Source: Vicinamibacteria bacterium (GTDB taxonomy: Bacteria; Acidobacteriota; Vicinamibacteria; Fen-336; JAGNNV01). Taken from it: a stretch of 64,000 nt of DNA. The notes beneath the pieces were generated by a model that saw only the letters and a program-made list of their open reading frames with translations, ran no database searches and was not told the origin of the DNA. The DNA lies in assembly GCA_031412915.1 (NCBI GenBank), contig JANODX010000096.1, positions 11,012 to 75,011 on the forward strand, given 5' to 3'. Positions 34,449 through 44,196 of this stretch are shown piece by piece. Made by a program: the position numbers and the translations under genes. The first letter of the stretch is position 1. Each line of letters begins with the position of its first letter.

Positions 34449-37121
34449 GTGGCGCTGCTGCTCGCCGTGCTCGGCCTGGGCGGGTGGCTTGCGCCCTCCT
34501 GCAGCACCCGACGGCCCGCCATCCGCAACGTCATTCTGATCAGCATCGACACCCTCCGCGCAGACCACCTGGGCAGTTATGGCTTCAAACACCCGACCAC
34601 CCCGCACATCGACGCAGTCGCACGCGAGGGCGTGCTGTTCCGAAACGTCTATTCGCCCGTTCCCGTGACCCTACCCGCTCATGCCTCCATGCTCACGGGC
34701 ACCTTCCCGCCCTCTCACGGAATCCGCGACAACCTCCACAAGCGGCTCCCGGACTCGGCCACGACCCTGGCCGAGATCCTGAAGTCGAGGGGCTTCACCA
34801 CCGCCGCGGTGGTCAGCAGCTTCGTGCTCGATCGTCGCTTCAACCTCAGCCAGGGCTTCGACAGCTATGACGATCGCTTTCAGGCGGTCCACAAGATCGG
34901 CGACTTCAACGAGCGCAAGGGCGACGAGACCACCCGGCTCGCGACCCAGTGGCTGACCGCACACGGCCGCGATCCGTTCTTCCTCTTCGTCCATTACTAC
35001 GACCCGCACGACCCCTTCGAGCCGCCCGAGCCCTTCGCTTCGAAATGGGCCGCCGACCCCTACTCCGGCGAAGTGGCTTTCGCGGATCACTGCGTGGGCG
35101 AAGTCATCGAGAAGCTCAAGGCCCTCGGGCTCTACGACTCGACCCTCATCGTCATCACCGGCGATCACGGGGAGATGCTCGGAGAGCACGGCGAAATGAA
35201 TCACGGTTTCTTCATCTACGAAAGCGCTCTCAAGGTGCCTCTCATCCTCCGGGCGCCGGGGCGGAAGGCGGCGGCCCGACAGGTCGATCAGCCCGTGAGC
35301 CTGATCGACATCATGCCCACCATCGCCTCGCTTCTGGGGGCCCCGGCCCAGAAGCAGGTGGCGGGCCTGGACCTTTCGCCCTGGCTCGAGAGCGATCGCC
35401 CCGGCCTCGGAGGACGGCCGCTCTACGCGGAGACCATCGCCCCCACGACCTACTATGGCGCGAGTTCCCTCCTCGGCGTGATCGTGGACCGCTGGAAGTA
35501 CATCGAGACTTCGCGCCCCGAGCTCTACGACCTCCGGAGCGACCCCTTAGAATCCGTCAATCTCTTTCAAAAAGAGCCCGCCCGCGCCGATGCGATGGGC
35601 AGAGAAATCAAGGGGATCATCGCGACCGCCCCAAGACCCCAAGGATCCAACAATGACGCCGCCCTCGACCCGGCCGCGCGAGAGCGCCTGGAGGCGCTCG
35701 GATATCTGAGCCGGGGCGGGGGCTCGCCCTCAATCGCCTTCGACCGGACCAGGGAAGACCCCAAGGACCTGATCGGATTCTTCCGCACCGACCAGAAACT
35801 GTCGAAGCTGGCCGAGGGCAAGAAGTACGCAGAAGCCAGAGCCTTGTGCGACCAGATGCTTCGGGAAAGGCCCGGTTTCGCCGACTGCCATCTGCAGATG
35901 TCCCGAATGGCGGCCGAAGAGGGCAACCTGGCGGCGGCCTATGAAAGTGCTAAGAAGGCCGTCAATCTGTCTCCCGGAAACGAAAAGGCGCGGCTGCACC
36001 TCGCGAGCCTCCTGCAAGGCCGGGGCGACCTCGACGGCGCGATCGCTCAATACCGGGAGGTCCTCAAGAGCCAGCCCGACTCGCTCGATGCGCGGACTCT
36101 GCTCGGCCGCGCTCTCGCGGAGAAAGGCCGCTTCGACGAAGCGGTGAGCACGCTTCGCTCCGCTGTGGCCGCCCAGCCTGAAAGTGCCACGGCCCGGACG
36201 CAGATGGGCTTCGCCCTGGCCAGGCAGGGAAAATTGCCGGAGGCCATCGAGAGCTACCGAAAGGCCGTCGCCCTCGACCCCGGTTCCGCCGACGCTCACG
36301 CCTATCTGGGCTCGGCTCTCGCGACCCAGGGCAATCTGGACGAGGCCATCGGGCACTTCGAGGAGGCGCTGCGCGCCCGGCCCGAGAGCGCGGAGTTGCA
36401 CGATTGGCTCGGCACCGCCCTTCGAGAGAAGGGACGGCCGGACGATGCCCTCGTCCAGTTTCGTGAGGCGGTCCGGCTCGATCCAGCACTCGCCGTGGCC
36501 CATCTCAACCTCGGCCGCGCGCTCAAACAAAAAGGAAACCTCGACGAAGCGGTGCAGCACTATCGTCGCGCCATCGCCATCAATCCCCGTCTGGCCGCAG
36601 CCCACAACAATCTGGGGAGCGCCCTCGGGTCCCAGGAGCGCCTCAGGGAGGCCGTCCAGGAGTTCCGCGCGGCGCTCCGGGTACAGGCGGACTACGACGA
36701 GGCCCATAACAACCTGGGCCTGGCCTTGCGGATGATGGGCGAGCGCGACCAGGCCCTCAAGCACTTCCGGGCGGCTCTCGCGCGCCGCCCGGACTGGTCG
36801 GCGCCCATGACCGAGATCGCGTGGATCCTGGCCACCCATACCGATCCCAGGGTGCGAAACCCCGTCGAGGCGGTGCGCCTGGCGGAACGCGCCGCGGAAC
36901 TGACGGCTCGCCGGGACGCCGTCGCGCTCGATGCCCTGGCCGCGGCCTGTGCCGCGGCGGGCGATTGGGACCGTGCTTCGACCACGGCCGAGGCGGCGGT
37001 TGCCCTGGCCTCGGCTCGCTCCCCCGCCATGGCGGAAGACATCGCGAAGCGCCTTGCCCTCTACCGCCGCAAACAACCGTATCGGGAGCCATCAGGTAAG
37101 GGCTCCGGAACTGCGCGCTGA
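34449..37121 (+). CDS. Sulfatase-like hydrolase/transferase (alkaline-phosphatase superfamily) fused to a long C-terminal TPR-repeat domain
   Basis: Start chosen at the GTG at 34449 (VALLLAVLGLGGWLAPSC, a signal/lipoprotein-like leader), placing the repeat copy in the 5' UTR. The alternative ATG at 34281 would translate through the repeat. N-terminal ILISIDTLRADHLGSYG and GDHGEMLGEHGEMNHG are sulfatase-family blocks. About 400 aa of TPR repeats follow (AHAYLGSALATQGNLDEAIGHFEEAL...). Confidence 0.75.
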   Translation: MALLLAVLGLGGWLAPSCSTRRPAIRNVILISIDTLRADHLGSYGFKHPTTPHIDAVAREGVLFRNVYSPVPVTLPAHASMLTGTFPPSHGIRDNLHKRLPDSATTLAEILKSRGFTTAAVVSSFVLDRRFNLSQGFDSYDDRFQAVHKIGDFNERKGDETTRLATQWLTAHGRDPFFLFVHYYDPHDPFEPPEPFASKWAADPYSGEVAFADHCVGEVIEKLKALGLYDSTLIVITGDHGEMLGEHGEMNHGFFIYESALKVPLILRAPGRKAAARQVDQPVSLIDIMPTIASLLGAPAQKQVAGLDLSPWLESDRPGLGGRPLYAETIAPTTYYGASSLLGVIVDRWKYIETSRPELYDLRSDPLESVNLFQKEPARADAMGREIKGIIATAPRPQGSNNDAALDPAARERLEALGYLSRGGGSPSIAFDRTREDPKDLIGFFRTDQKLSKLAEGKKYAEARALCDQMLRERPGFADCHLQMSRMAAEEGNLAAAYESAKKAVNLSPGNEKARLHLASLLQGRGDLDGAIAQYREVLKSQPDSLDARTLLGRALAEKGRFDEAVSTLRSAVAAQPESATARTQMGFALARQGKLPEAIESYRKAVALDPGSADAHAYLGSALATQGNLDEAIGHFEEALRARPESAELHDWLGTALREKGRPDDALVQFREAVRLDPALAVAHLNLGRALKQKGNLDEAVQHYRRAIAINPRLAAAHNNLGSALGSQERLREAVQEFRAALRVQADYDEAHNNLGLALRMMGERDQALKHFRAALARRPDWSAPMTEIAWILATHTDPRVRNPVEAVRLAERAAELTARRDAVALDALAAACAAAGDWDRASTTAEAAVALASARSPAMAEDIAKRLALYRRKQPYREPSGKGSGTAR

Positions 37122-37330
37122 GCTTGCCGAAGGGTGGCCCCTGAGCTGGTCGAAGGGCGGTCCCTGAGCTGGTCGAAGGGACGTCGCGACGCAGACTGCG
37201 GTGGCTTCGACACGCTCAGCCACCGTTGCTGCTCCGGTCCCTGAGCTGGCCGAAGGGACGTCGCGACGCGGACTGCGGTGGCTTCGACACGCTCAGCCAC
37301 CGTTGCTCTGCTCCGGTCCCGGGTCCGTAC
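37108..37330. repeat. Intergenic structured repeat, copy D: two tandem units in inverted orientation between the convergent sulfatase-like and top6B-like genes
   Basis: Two near-identical units of about 80 nt (GGTCCCTGAGCTGG(T/C)CGAAGGGACGTCGCGACGC(A/G)GACTGCGGTGGCTTCGACACGCTCAGCCACCGTTGC), each with a perfect 10-nt palindrome CGTCGCGACG. The reverse complement matches the conserved blocks of copies A to C. Confidence 0.8.
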
Positions 37331-37354
37331 CTTCACGCGAGCTGTGGCGGTCTT

Positions 37355-39097
37355 CTAGACCATGTTCTCGCGACTGCGTTCCAGGACCGTTCTCAGATTC
37401 GCGACCACGCGGTCGGTTTCCTTCTGCTTGAGGTTCAGGATCTCCGTGAGCGCGATGCCGATGTGGGGGATGAACTTGTCGATGTAGCCGCGCTTCTTGG
37501 CCTCGGCCTGCTCGCGCCGGCCCCGGCGGATGTGCATGCCCAGCCTTCGGCCCACTTCCATGAGGGCCAGGCGCAACTCCTTCACGATCTCGGTGTAGTG
37601 GGCGATCGCTTCCTTCGACTCCGACGTAAACGGCACCCACACCGAGGCGATGTGGACCATCAGGACCATGGGGCCTGAGGGCAAGGCCCCTTTCGACATC
37701 TGCATTCCGTAGCTGCGCCAGTCGATGCTCATGACCGCCTTGGTGATCGCGCACGCCGAGGCCTGGTACTGCAGGGGCACGCGGTTCGCGAAACGGAACA
37801 GCTCGATCAGCTCATCGCCGGGCAGCGAACCGCCGTGGGCGAGTGCTACTTCGACCTGAAAGGGATTGCCGCGATACACCGCGGGCGGGCGAGTCACCGC
37901 GTCGTAGAACTCCGCCTTGAATCGCGACCGGAGCCCCTTCAGCAGGGCCTCCTGACCGACCGGGGAAAGGCAGGCGGTGGGCGGGGCCATGATCCTGACC
38001 TTCGTGAAGGCTTTGTGGATCCGTTCGATGGCCGGAGTGTCGAGATCGCGAGGCCGGGCCTTCGGCGACACGTCGGCGATCTTCAGGACTTCGGCCACCA
38101 CCTTGGGAGTGAGGCGCGAGAAGTCGTTCTTGAGGGCGGTGGCGATGTGGCGTTCCGTGGTGTCCTGGAACATGCGCATGAGATGCCCGACCTCGACCCC
38201 GTAAGGATGCGGCTTGATCTCCTTGGCTTCTTCGGGAAGTTCGTGGATGGCGCGCTCGTAGGTGATGGTTTCCGAACCCGGCGGCGAATAGAGGAGGCGG
38301 CAGTGCGGATTTGAAAGGGCGGTCTGCTCGACATAGTCGTCGACGCTGCGCCGGCCCTTCTTGTAGCTCGCCTCGAGCTCGATCTCGACCCTCGTGCCGT
38401 GCTGCTTGTCCCATTCGGTCTTTTCTTCCTTGAGGACCAGGGGCTGGTTCTTGCGGGTGTCGACCGTGACCTCGAAGAGATGAGGCGCCGACTGCGGCGA
38501 AGTGCGGGAAATGATGGTGACCGGCTTGCCGGTCGTGAGTTGGCCGTACATGCCCGCGGCCGACACGCCGATGCCTTGCTGGCCGCGCTGCTGCTTGAGG
38601 CGGTGGAACTTCGAACCGTAGAGCAGCTTCCCGAACACCCGGGGAATCTGGGCCTTCACGATGCCGGGGCCGTTGTCTTCGACCGCGATCCGAAACCGCT
38701 CTTCGGCAAGCTCCCGAATCTCCACCCGCAGTTCGGGGAGGATTCCCGCCTCCTCGCAGGCGTCGAGGGAGTTGTCGACGCATTCGCGCACCGCGGTAAG
38801 GAGAGCCTTCTGCTTGTTGTCGAAACCGAGGAGATGCCGGTTCTTGACGAAGAACTCGGAGACGGAGATTTCGCGCTGCTTCTCGGCCAGGCTCTCGGCG
38901 GTGGCGCGACGGGCGGGGACCTTGCGCACCGGCTGTGCTACCGATCCTTCGGAATCGTCCTCCTCCAAAGGTGGGAGTTCGGGCGGGGCCTCGACCATCA
39001 CCGGGGCCTCAACTCCCCTGTCCGCTTCACCCCCGTCCGCATCGAAGAGAGATGGCTGCAACGCCTTCACGCGAACGTTCTTCTTTGACATTGCCAA
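37355..39097 (-). CDS. top6B: DNA topoisomerase VI subunit B homolog (GHKL ATPase + transducer), with no adjacent subunit A
   Basis: N-terminal block [47 protein letters not shown]...[10 protein letters not shown] matches the Top6B Bergerat-fold consensus (EFF.KN..L.GF.N..RAL...VRE.V.NSLDA ... DNG.GI). 580 aa, consistent with Top6B length. No Toprim/Spo11-like ORF within at least 2 kb on either side. Confidence 0.8.
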   Translation of the reverse strand: MAMSKKNVRVKALQPSLFDADGGEADRGVEAPVMVEAPPELPPLEEDDSEGSVAQPVRKVPARRATAESLAEKQREISVSEFFVKNRHLLGFDNKQKALLTAVRECVDNSLDACEEAGILPELRVEIRELAEERFRIAVEDNGPGIVKAQIPRVFGKLLYGSKFHRLKQQRGQQGIGVSAAGMYGQLTTGKPVTIISRTSPQSAPHLFEVTVDTRKNQPLVLKEEKTEWDKQHGTRVEIELEASYKKGRRSVDDYVEQTALSNPHCRLLYSPPGSETITYERAIHELPEEAKEIKPHPYGVEVGHLMRMFQDTTERHIATALKNDFSRLTPKVVAEVLKIADVSPKARPRDLDTPAIERIHKAFTKVRIMAPPTACLSPVGQEALLKGLRSRFKAEFYDAVTRPPAVYRGNPFQVEVALAHGGSLPGDELIELFRFANRVPLQYQASACAITKAVMSIDWRSYGMQMSKGALPSGPMVLMVHIASVWVPFTSESKEAIAHYTEIVKELRLALMEVGRRLGMHIRRGRREQAEAKKRGYIDKFIPHIGIALTEILNLKQKETDRVVANLRTVLERSRENMV

Positions 39098-39176
39098 GAT
39101 AGACCAGCGACCTCCGGGGGGCTTGAAAGGCCGAGTTTACGGGGTCTGCGCGGACCTAGTGGAATAAAGTCGGGAG

Positions 39177-40133
39177 TTGGCCATGCCCCACGCGTTATCC
39201 CCCTCCCAGGAAAGGACTCTCGCCTACACCTGCCTGGGGGTCGTCTACATCGTCTGGGGATCGACCTACGTCGGCATCCGCACGGTCATCGCCCACATGC
39301 CGCCGTTCATTGCCGCGGCCATCCGGTTTCTGCTCGCCGGCAGTGCGCTGCTCGCCTTCACCCTGGCCACCGGGAAGTGGAAGAAGCCGACGCGCGAGCA
39401 GTGGTGGAACGCCTCGATCGTGGGCATTCTCCTCATGGGAATCGGCAACGGGCTCATCATGTGGGCCCAACAGAGCATTCCCAGCGGGACCACGGCGCTT
39501 CTCGTGGCTACTTTCCCCCTCTGGCTGACTCTGGCCGAGGCCCTGCTCAGCCGGGGCGCCTCTCTTCGTGTCCCCGTAATCTCGGGCGCTCTGGTGGGCC
39601 TGCTCGGCGTCTTCCTGATCGCCTCGGCGAAGGGCGATGTTTCGTTCGCGGGAGCGGGCACGCCGGTGATAGCTCTTATTGCGGTGCAGACCGCTTCCAT
39701 CTGCTGGACCATCGGCTATCTCAAGGCGAAGTCGCTGAAGGAGCGGCTTCCCCTGGTCATGGGCTCGGGGCTGGAGATGGCCGCGGGTGGTTTCTTCCTG
39801 CTCCTTCAATCGATCGTCTATCGGGAGGACTGGGGCCGCGTCCTTCGATCCCCCTGGAGCGCCTGGGGCGGGATCGTGTTCCTGGTCGTCTTTGGATCGA
39901 TCATCGGCTTCACCGCCTTCTCCTACACACGTCATACCCTGCCGTCCCACGTCGTCGGCACCTACGCCTACGTGAACCCCCTGGTGGCCGTGATCTTCGG
40001 GCGCCTGTTCTTCTCGGAAACTCTGTCCAGCCGAACGATGCTGGGCGGCCTCCTGATCCTGGCCGCGGTGTTCGTCACGACCATCCCCGGTTCCTCACCC
40101 CCCGCCGAAGCCACCCAGGCCGAGGACCAGTAG
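39177..40133 (+). CDS. EamA/DMT-family transporter
   Basis: 10 TM segments in two repeated halves; the profile (WGSTYVGIR..., LLMGIGNGL) is typical of EamA/RhaT-type drug/metabolite transporters. Confidence 0.85.
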   Translation: MAMPHALSPSQERTLAYTCLGVVYIVWGSTYVGIRTVIAHMPPFIAAAIRFLLAGSALLAFTLATGKWKKPTREQWWNASIVGILLMGIGNGLIMWAQQSIPSGTTALLVATFPLWLTLAEALLSRGASLRVPVISGALVGLLGVFLIASAKGDVSFAGAGTPVIALIAVQTASICWTIGYLKAKSLKERLPLVMGSGLEMAAGGFFLLLQSIVYREDWGRVLRSPWSAWGGIVFLVVFGSIIGFTAFSYTRHTLPSHVVGTYAYVNPLVAVIFGRLFFSETLSSRTMLGGLLILAAVFVTTIPGSSPPAEATQAEDQ

Positions 40134-40188
40134 CAGATCCTCACGGAAGGACAACGTCCGAGACGCAGAGGAGAAACCAGGGCCTTCC

Positions 40189-41358
40189 TCAGCGGTACAT
40201 CAGATACGGCTTCCGAATCACCGCGAACGCGCGGGCTTCCGATTCGAACTGCGATTTGAACCTTCGAACCGGGCGGCCCGCCTCGATGGCCAGACGAACG
40301 TCGGAGGTGCCGCACAGAATGTCGATGGGCGGCTTGATGAGCTCGTATTCGTAGGGCGGCTTCCGCCAGGCGAACTTGCGCGGGTTCTGGGCTCGGGCCT
40401 TCTCGATCAAGGTCAGATAGGCGAAGAACGCGTCGATCCTCTTCCGGTCCGTGACATGGACTTCGACACCGCCGCACAGAACACCGGCGTGCTTCTGAAA
40501 GGTCGGAGTGAAGTAGCAGGGCCGGAAGCCGAAGCCTGCCAGGTCCGCGCGATTGAGATCACGTGCGAGCTTCCAGGGATCAAGCCACGGGGCCCCCACC
40601 AGATGAAACGGGCGGGTGGTGCCTCGACCTTCGGAGAGATTGGTGCCTTCGATGAGGCATCCCCCCGGATACACGTGAGCGGTATCTACGGTGGGCATGT
40701 TGGGCGAAGGCAGGACCCAGGGCAGAGCGGTGTCTTCGAACGACATGGCGCGCCGATAGCCTTTCATGGGGACGATTTCCATGTCCGGCGAGAGGTCCAG
40801 CTCGTGAGCGAACATCAGAGCAAGTTCGCCCACGGTCATGCCGTGACGGACGGCGAGGGGATGCATGCCGACGAATGAGAGGTACCGGGGATCGAGAACA
40901 TTCCCCTGGACCCCCAGGCCGCCGATGGGGTTCGGACGGTCCAGCACGATCAGGCGGACGCCGTGCATGGCACAGGCCCGGATGGCGTGCAACATCGTGT
41001 AGATGAACGTGTAGTAACGCGAGCCGACGTCCTGAATGTCGAAGATCAGGACGTCGATCCCGGCCAGCATTTCCGGGGTGGGAACGCGGGTCTCGCCGTA
41101 GAGGCTGAAGACACGCAGACCGGTCCTCGGGTCCTTGAGGTCGCCCACTTCTTCGAGATCCTGGGCATTCGCGAAAACGCCGTGCTCCGGACCGAAGAGT
41201 GCCATCAGTTTCGCGCCCTTCAGATTCTTGAGATGAAGGGCGGCATGGGTCAGGTCGGGAGTGACCGCGGTGGGATTTGCGAGCAGACCCAGGCGCTTCC
41301 CACGGATTCGCGAGGGGCGGGCCAGGAGTTCCTGGAGCCCGGTGCTTACCTGCTTCAA
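40189..41358 (-). CDS. DUF1343-domain protein (NamZ-like exo-N-acetylmuramidase family)
   Basis: Full-length match to the DUF1343/YzbB family organisation (GLLANPTAV...LFGPEHG...LIFDIQDVGSRYYT...VLDRPNPIGG). Confidence 0.8.
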   Translation of the reverse strand: MKQVSTGLQELLARPSRIRGKRLGLLANPTAVTPDLTHAALHLKNLKGAKLMALFGPEHGVFANAQDLEEVGDLKDPRTGLRVFSLYGETRVPTPEMLAGIDVLIFDIQDVGSRYYTFIYTMLHAIRACAMHGVRLIVLDRPNPIGGLGVQGNVLDPRYLSFVGMHPLAVRHGMTVGELALMFAHELDLSPDMEIVPMKGYRRAMSFEDTALPWVLPSPNMPTVDTAHVYPGGCLIEGTNLSEGRGTTRPFHLVGAPWLDPWKLARDLNRADLAGFGFRPCYFTPTFQKHAGVLCGGVEVHVTDRKRIDAFFAYLTLIEKARAQNPRKFAWRKPPYEYELIKPPIDILCGTSDVRLAIEAGRPVRRFKSQFESEARAFAVIRKPYLMYR

Positions 41359-41393
41359 GAGGATTGGACCTCGATGCCCTGGGGAAGCCGACC

Positions 41394-44006
41394 CTACCGG
41401 GTCAGCTTGAGCGCCAGTCTCCCCACTTTCGCCCCGGAAGCCTTCGTCACATTGCCTTCGATGACATCGCCGTCGAGGCGGCCCTGATAGGTCAGGGTCT
41501 CGCCGGTTTCGACGAAGGAGAAACGCAGTTCACGGCGCGCGTAGCTGAGGTTTCGAAGGGTCACGTCCGTGGACAGACGCCCCTGCCGGGAGGTCTGCTG
41601 CCCGATCAGGCCCGACGACGTCGCCGTAAGGCTGATCTCGAGCTTCCGCGGCTGAATGGCTCCGGGCACCTCGATCACACCCGACCAATAGCCATCGAGG
41701 AGGGCCAGCGCTTGCGACCCGCTCATCGTCGGAGCGGCCGCGAGGGAGGCGAAGGAACGAAGCCAGGACGGATCGGGCGAGAAGAGGATGCCCTGGGCCA
41801 CCCCCGGCTCCGCGGATCGCCGACGCGCCGACGCGAAAATGTCCAGAAAGACCTTGCCGTCCGGCGAGAGTTCGACCGTGCGACCAGGGCGGCGGCCCTG
41901 GAAGAAGAGGTCGAAGATGTCGGTCAGATGGGCGGCCCACAGCGAGGCGAGGCCGCGGGGATTGCCCGAGCCATCTCCCGCCGCGACCGCGAGCACAGGT
42001 CCGCCGGAGGCGCTGATGAGCGTGTCGCTCGCGGTGAACTGAACCCGGGAGGCCCGGCCCTGGCTCGCGAGCTCGTTCAGTCGGGTCGCCGCATCGTGCG
42101 CGCGCTTTCTCGAAGGAACGTCGCCGCCGAGAACCATGACGGGGCCAAGTTCGCAAGCGATGGCGACCCGCGAGCCCTGGATCATTTCCACGAAGAACCG
42201 CGGGGAGTAAAGGGCCGAGGACTGATGGAGAATCTCGATCGAGTGAGCGAGGGACTCTTTCTGATTGACGCGGACGATCACATCCCGCCGCCCCGCACCC
42301 TCAGAAAGGCGTAGGCCGGGAACCGACATCTTGATCTCGGCGTCGGTGACGGACACCACCGCGGCCGACTTCCCTCCCACCACCACGAAGAGATCGGGGC
42401 CGAGCAGGCCCAGCCCGGCGATGGTGGCGATCTCGCCCGGCCTCGCGCGCAGGGGCGTCACGGATTCGACGAAAGGAAGGCGGCCGAAGTAGAGGGGCGA
42501 CTCCTTGCTCAGGTCCGAGCCGACGACGACTCTCAAGGCCACCTTCTGGCCTTCACTCGCGGCCACCGCGGGGACCTTGATCCGGATCAGGGAGGCCGTC
42601 GCCTCCAGCACGTCCGCTTCGTTGCCGGCCACCGTGACCCTGGGTTTCCCCTGCGGGCTCGCAAGCCATTTCCCGGCGATCGAAACCTCGTCGCCCGACA
42701 AGGCGACGCGCGGGGTGAGAGAAGAGATCCTGGGCGTCACCGCGATTTTGAGCAGTCTTGAAGTGGAGGCACTGGGTCCCGTCGCGACGGTCAGGGTCAG
42801 ACTTTGAGACCCTGATTCCGCCAGGGTTTCGGGTATCACGACATTGATCCGGGTGGGGCTCGAATCGAGGACCTGGGCCTCGGCGGGCCCGAGGGTCACC
42901 TTCACGACGCTCGGACGGGGGCCGCCCCCGAACCCGGAGCCGTTGATCGTGAGCGTCTGCCCCGGCTCGGCCGGATTCGGCTGATAGGTGTCGATCACGG
43001 GTGGCACGATCGAAACCGCATACTGTCGATAGCCGAACCAGGCGAGACCGCTCAGGACTACGGCAATGATCCCGAGTCTTGTGGCTTTCAGGGCAAGCGA
43101 GGCCTGGATCTTCCTGACCTTTCCCGTGGCCCCGGGTCCCGTGGCCGCGGGCGCCCGAGGCTTCGGTGAGGGGGACGGGGCCTTTTGCCTTCCCGTCGAG
43201 CCGAGCGATTCGGCTAGCCCAGCCAGTGGGTCGTCCGAGTCCGCGGACACGATCCTCTTGGTGGTTGACTTCTGGGCGCTTACGGGTTGAGGTCCAGCAC
43301 CCGGAATGGCCTCGGTCCTCTGTACGGGTGGTTTCGGAGCGGCGACGGGAGGCGGCTCGGCCGCGGGGGGCGGCGCGGGAGCGGAAACGGGCGGCACCTC
43401 CGCGGGCAGCACCTCCGCGGGCGGCGCCTCAACGAAGGACGGCTCGAGTTCCGGTACGCTGTCCATTTCGAGCGGCGGAAACTCCTCGAAGGGCAAAGAG
43501 GGGGCGTCCGGGAGAGACAGAGACGTCGAATCGGGATGCCCGGGATCCGGGAATTCCGCCGAGTCGACGGCGAACTCGGGCTCGTTGTTCTCGAGCAGAT
43601 CGAGACTTGCAAGGTCGTCGAGGCCGCTCATCTCCGCGGCTTCGGGCTCGGAGAGATCTACCAGAGGCGCCTGCGACCCCTGCGCGTCGAACCGGAGTCG
43701 AGCGCTCCCCGGATCGTCCGGTGGACCAATCGAGATCTCATCCCCGTCCACGAGGATCTTTTCGGTGATCCTGGCTCCGTTCACGAAAACGCCATCGCGG
43801 CTCTTGGTGTCGGAGACCGAAACCTGGCCTTCGTCGTCGAGGAAAAGGGCGGCATGCGCGGGCGAAATCGCATCGCCCGAAAGAACCAGGTGGCACCCAT
43901 CGTCCGATCCGATGGTGAAGTCGGCCAGGACCTCGTCAATGCTCAGAGTCGTGCCGCTCGCGGCCCCGCTCACCACGACCACCGATGGATGGGAGGAACT
44001 GGTCAT
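41394..44006 (-). CDS. FHA-domain membrane protein with a Pro-rich linker, one TM helix and extracytoplasmic IPT/TIG-like Ig repeats
   Basis: Start chosen at MTSSSHPSVVVV. FHA fold (TIGSDDGCHLVLSGDAISPAHAALFLDDEGQVSVSDTKSRDGVFVNGARI). TM segment LGIIAVVLSGLAWFGY. Repeated beta-rich modules (TLTINGSGFGGGP...VKVTLG...). Confidence 0.75.
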   Translation of the reverse strand: MTSSSHPSVVVVSGAASGTTLSIDEVLADFTIGSDDGCHLVLSGDAISPAHAALFLDDEGQVSVSDTKSRDGVFVNGARITEKILVDGDEISIGPPDDPGSARLRFDAQGSQAPLVDLSEPEAAEMSGLDDLASLDLLENNEPEFAVDSAEFPDPGHPDSTSLSLPDAPSLPFEEFPPLEMDSVPELEPSFVEAPPAEVLPAEVPPVSAPAPPPAAEPPPVAAPKPPVQRTEAIPGAGPQPVSAQKSTTKRIVSADSDDPLAGLAESLGSTGRQKAPSPSPKPRAPAATGPGATGKVRKIQASLALKATRLGIIAVVLSGLAWFGYRQYAVSIVPPVIDTYQPNPAEPGQTLTINGSGFGGGPRPSVVKVTLGPAEAQVLDSSPTRINVVIPETLAESGSQSLTLTVATGPSASTSRLLKIAVTPRISSLTPRVALSGDEVSIAGKWLASPQGKPRVTVAGNEADVLEATASLIRIKVPAVAASEGQKVALRVVVGSDLSKESPLYFGRLPFVESVTPLRARPGEIATIAGLGLLGPDLFVVVGGKSAAVVSVTDAEIKMSVPGLRLSEGAGRRDVIVRVNQKESLAHSIEILHQSSALYSPRFFVEMIQGSRVAIACELGPVMVLGGDVPSRKRAHDAATRLNELASQGRASRVQFTASDTLISASGGPVLAVAAGDGSGNPRGLASLWAAHLTDIFDLFFQGRRPGRTVELSPDGKVFLDIFASARRRSAEPGVAQGILFSPDPSWLRSFASLAAAPTMSGSQALALLDGYWSGVIEVPGAIQPRKLEISLTATSSGLIGQQTSRQGRLSTDVTLRNLSYARRELRFSFVETGETLTYQGRLDGDVIEGNVTKASGAKVGRLALKLTR

Positions 44007-44175
44007 GCGCGAGGGCCGCTCTTTGTCTTCATTTTGGGGATGCGTTCTTCCCGGGAAGCACCATTCAAGCACATGCGCAAATGGCGGTCAAAGATCGAGA
44101 CAAATTCGTTCATCGGGAAGGGTCAGGCCGAAAGGAACTTTCCGCTGGACGCTTGACCGCGACCTTCCAGATTCA

Positions 44176-44191
44176 TTAACCTTCTTGTTAA
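44176..44191 (+). promoter_or_regulatory. Candidate TetR operator: perfect inverted repeat TTAAC-N6-GTTAA, 6 nt upstream of the tetR-family start codon
   Basis: Seen in the sequence: TTAACcttcttGTTAAaccaaATG. Position and symmetry are typical of autoregulated TetR operators. Confidence 0.35.
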
Positions 44192-44196
44192 ACCAA

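Noticed and set aside
37108-37330. Possible CRISPR array, suggested by the direct repeats
   Set aside because: There are only two tandem units with no unique spacers, no cas genes anywhere in the window, and the units belong to the dispersed repeat family also seen at 25341, 25508 and 34318.
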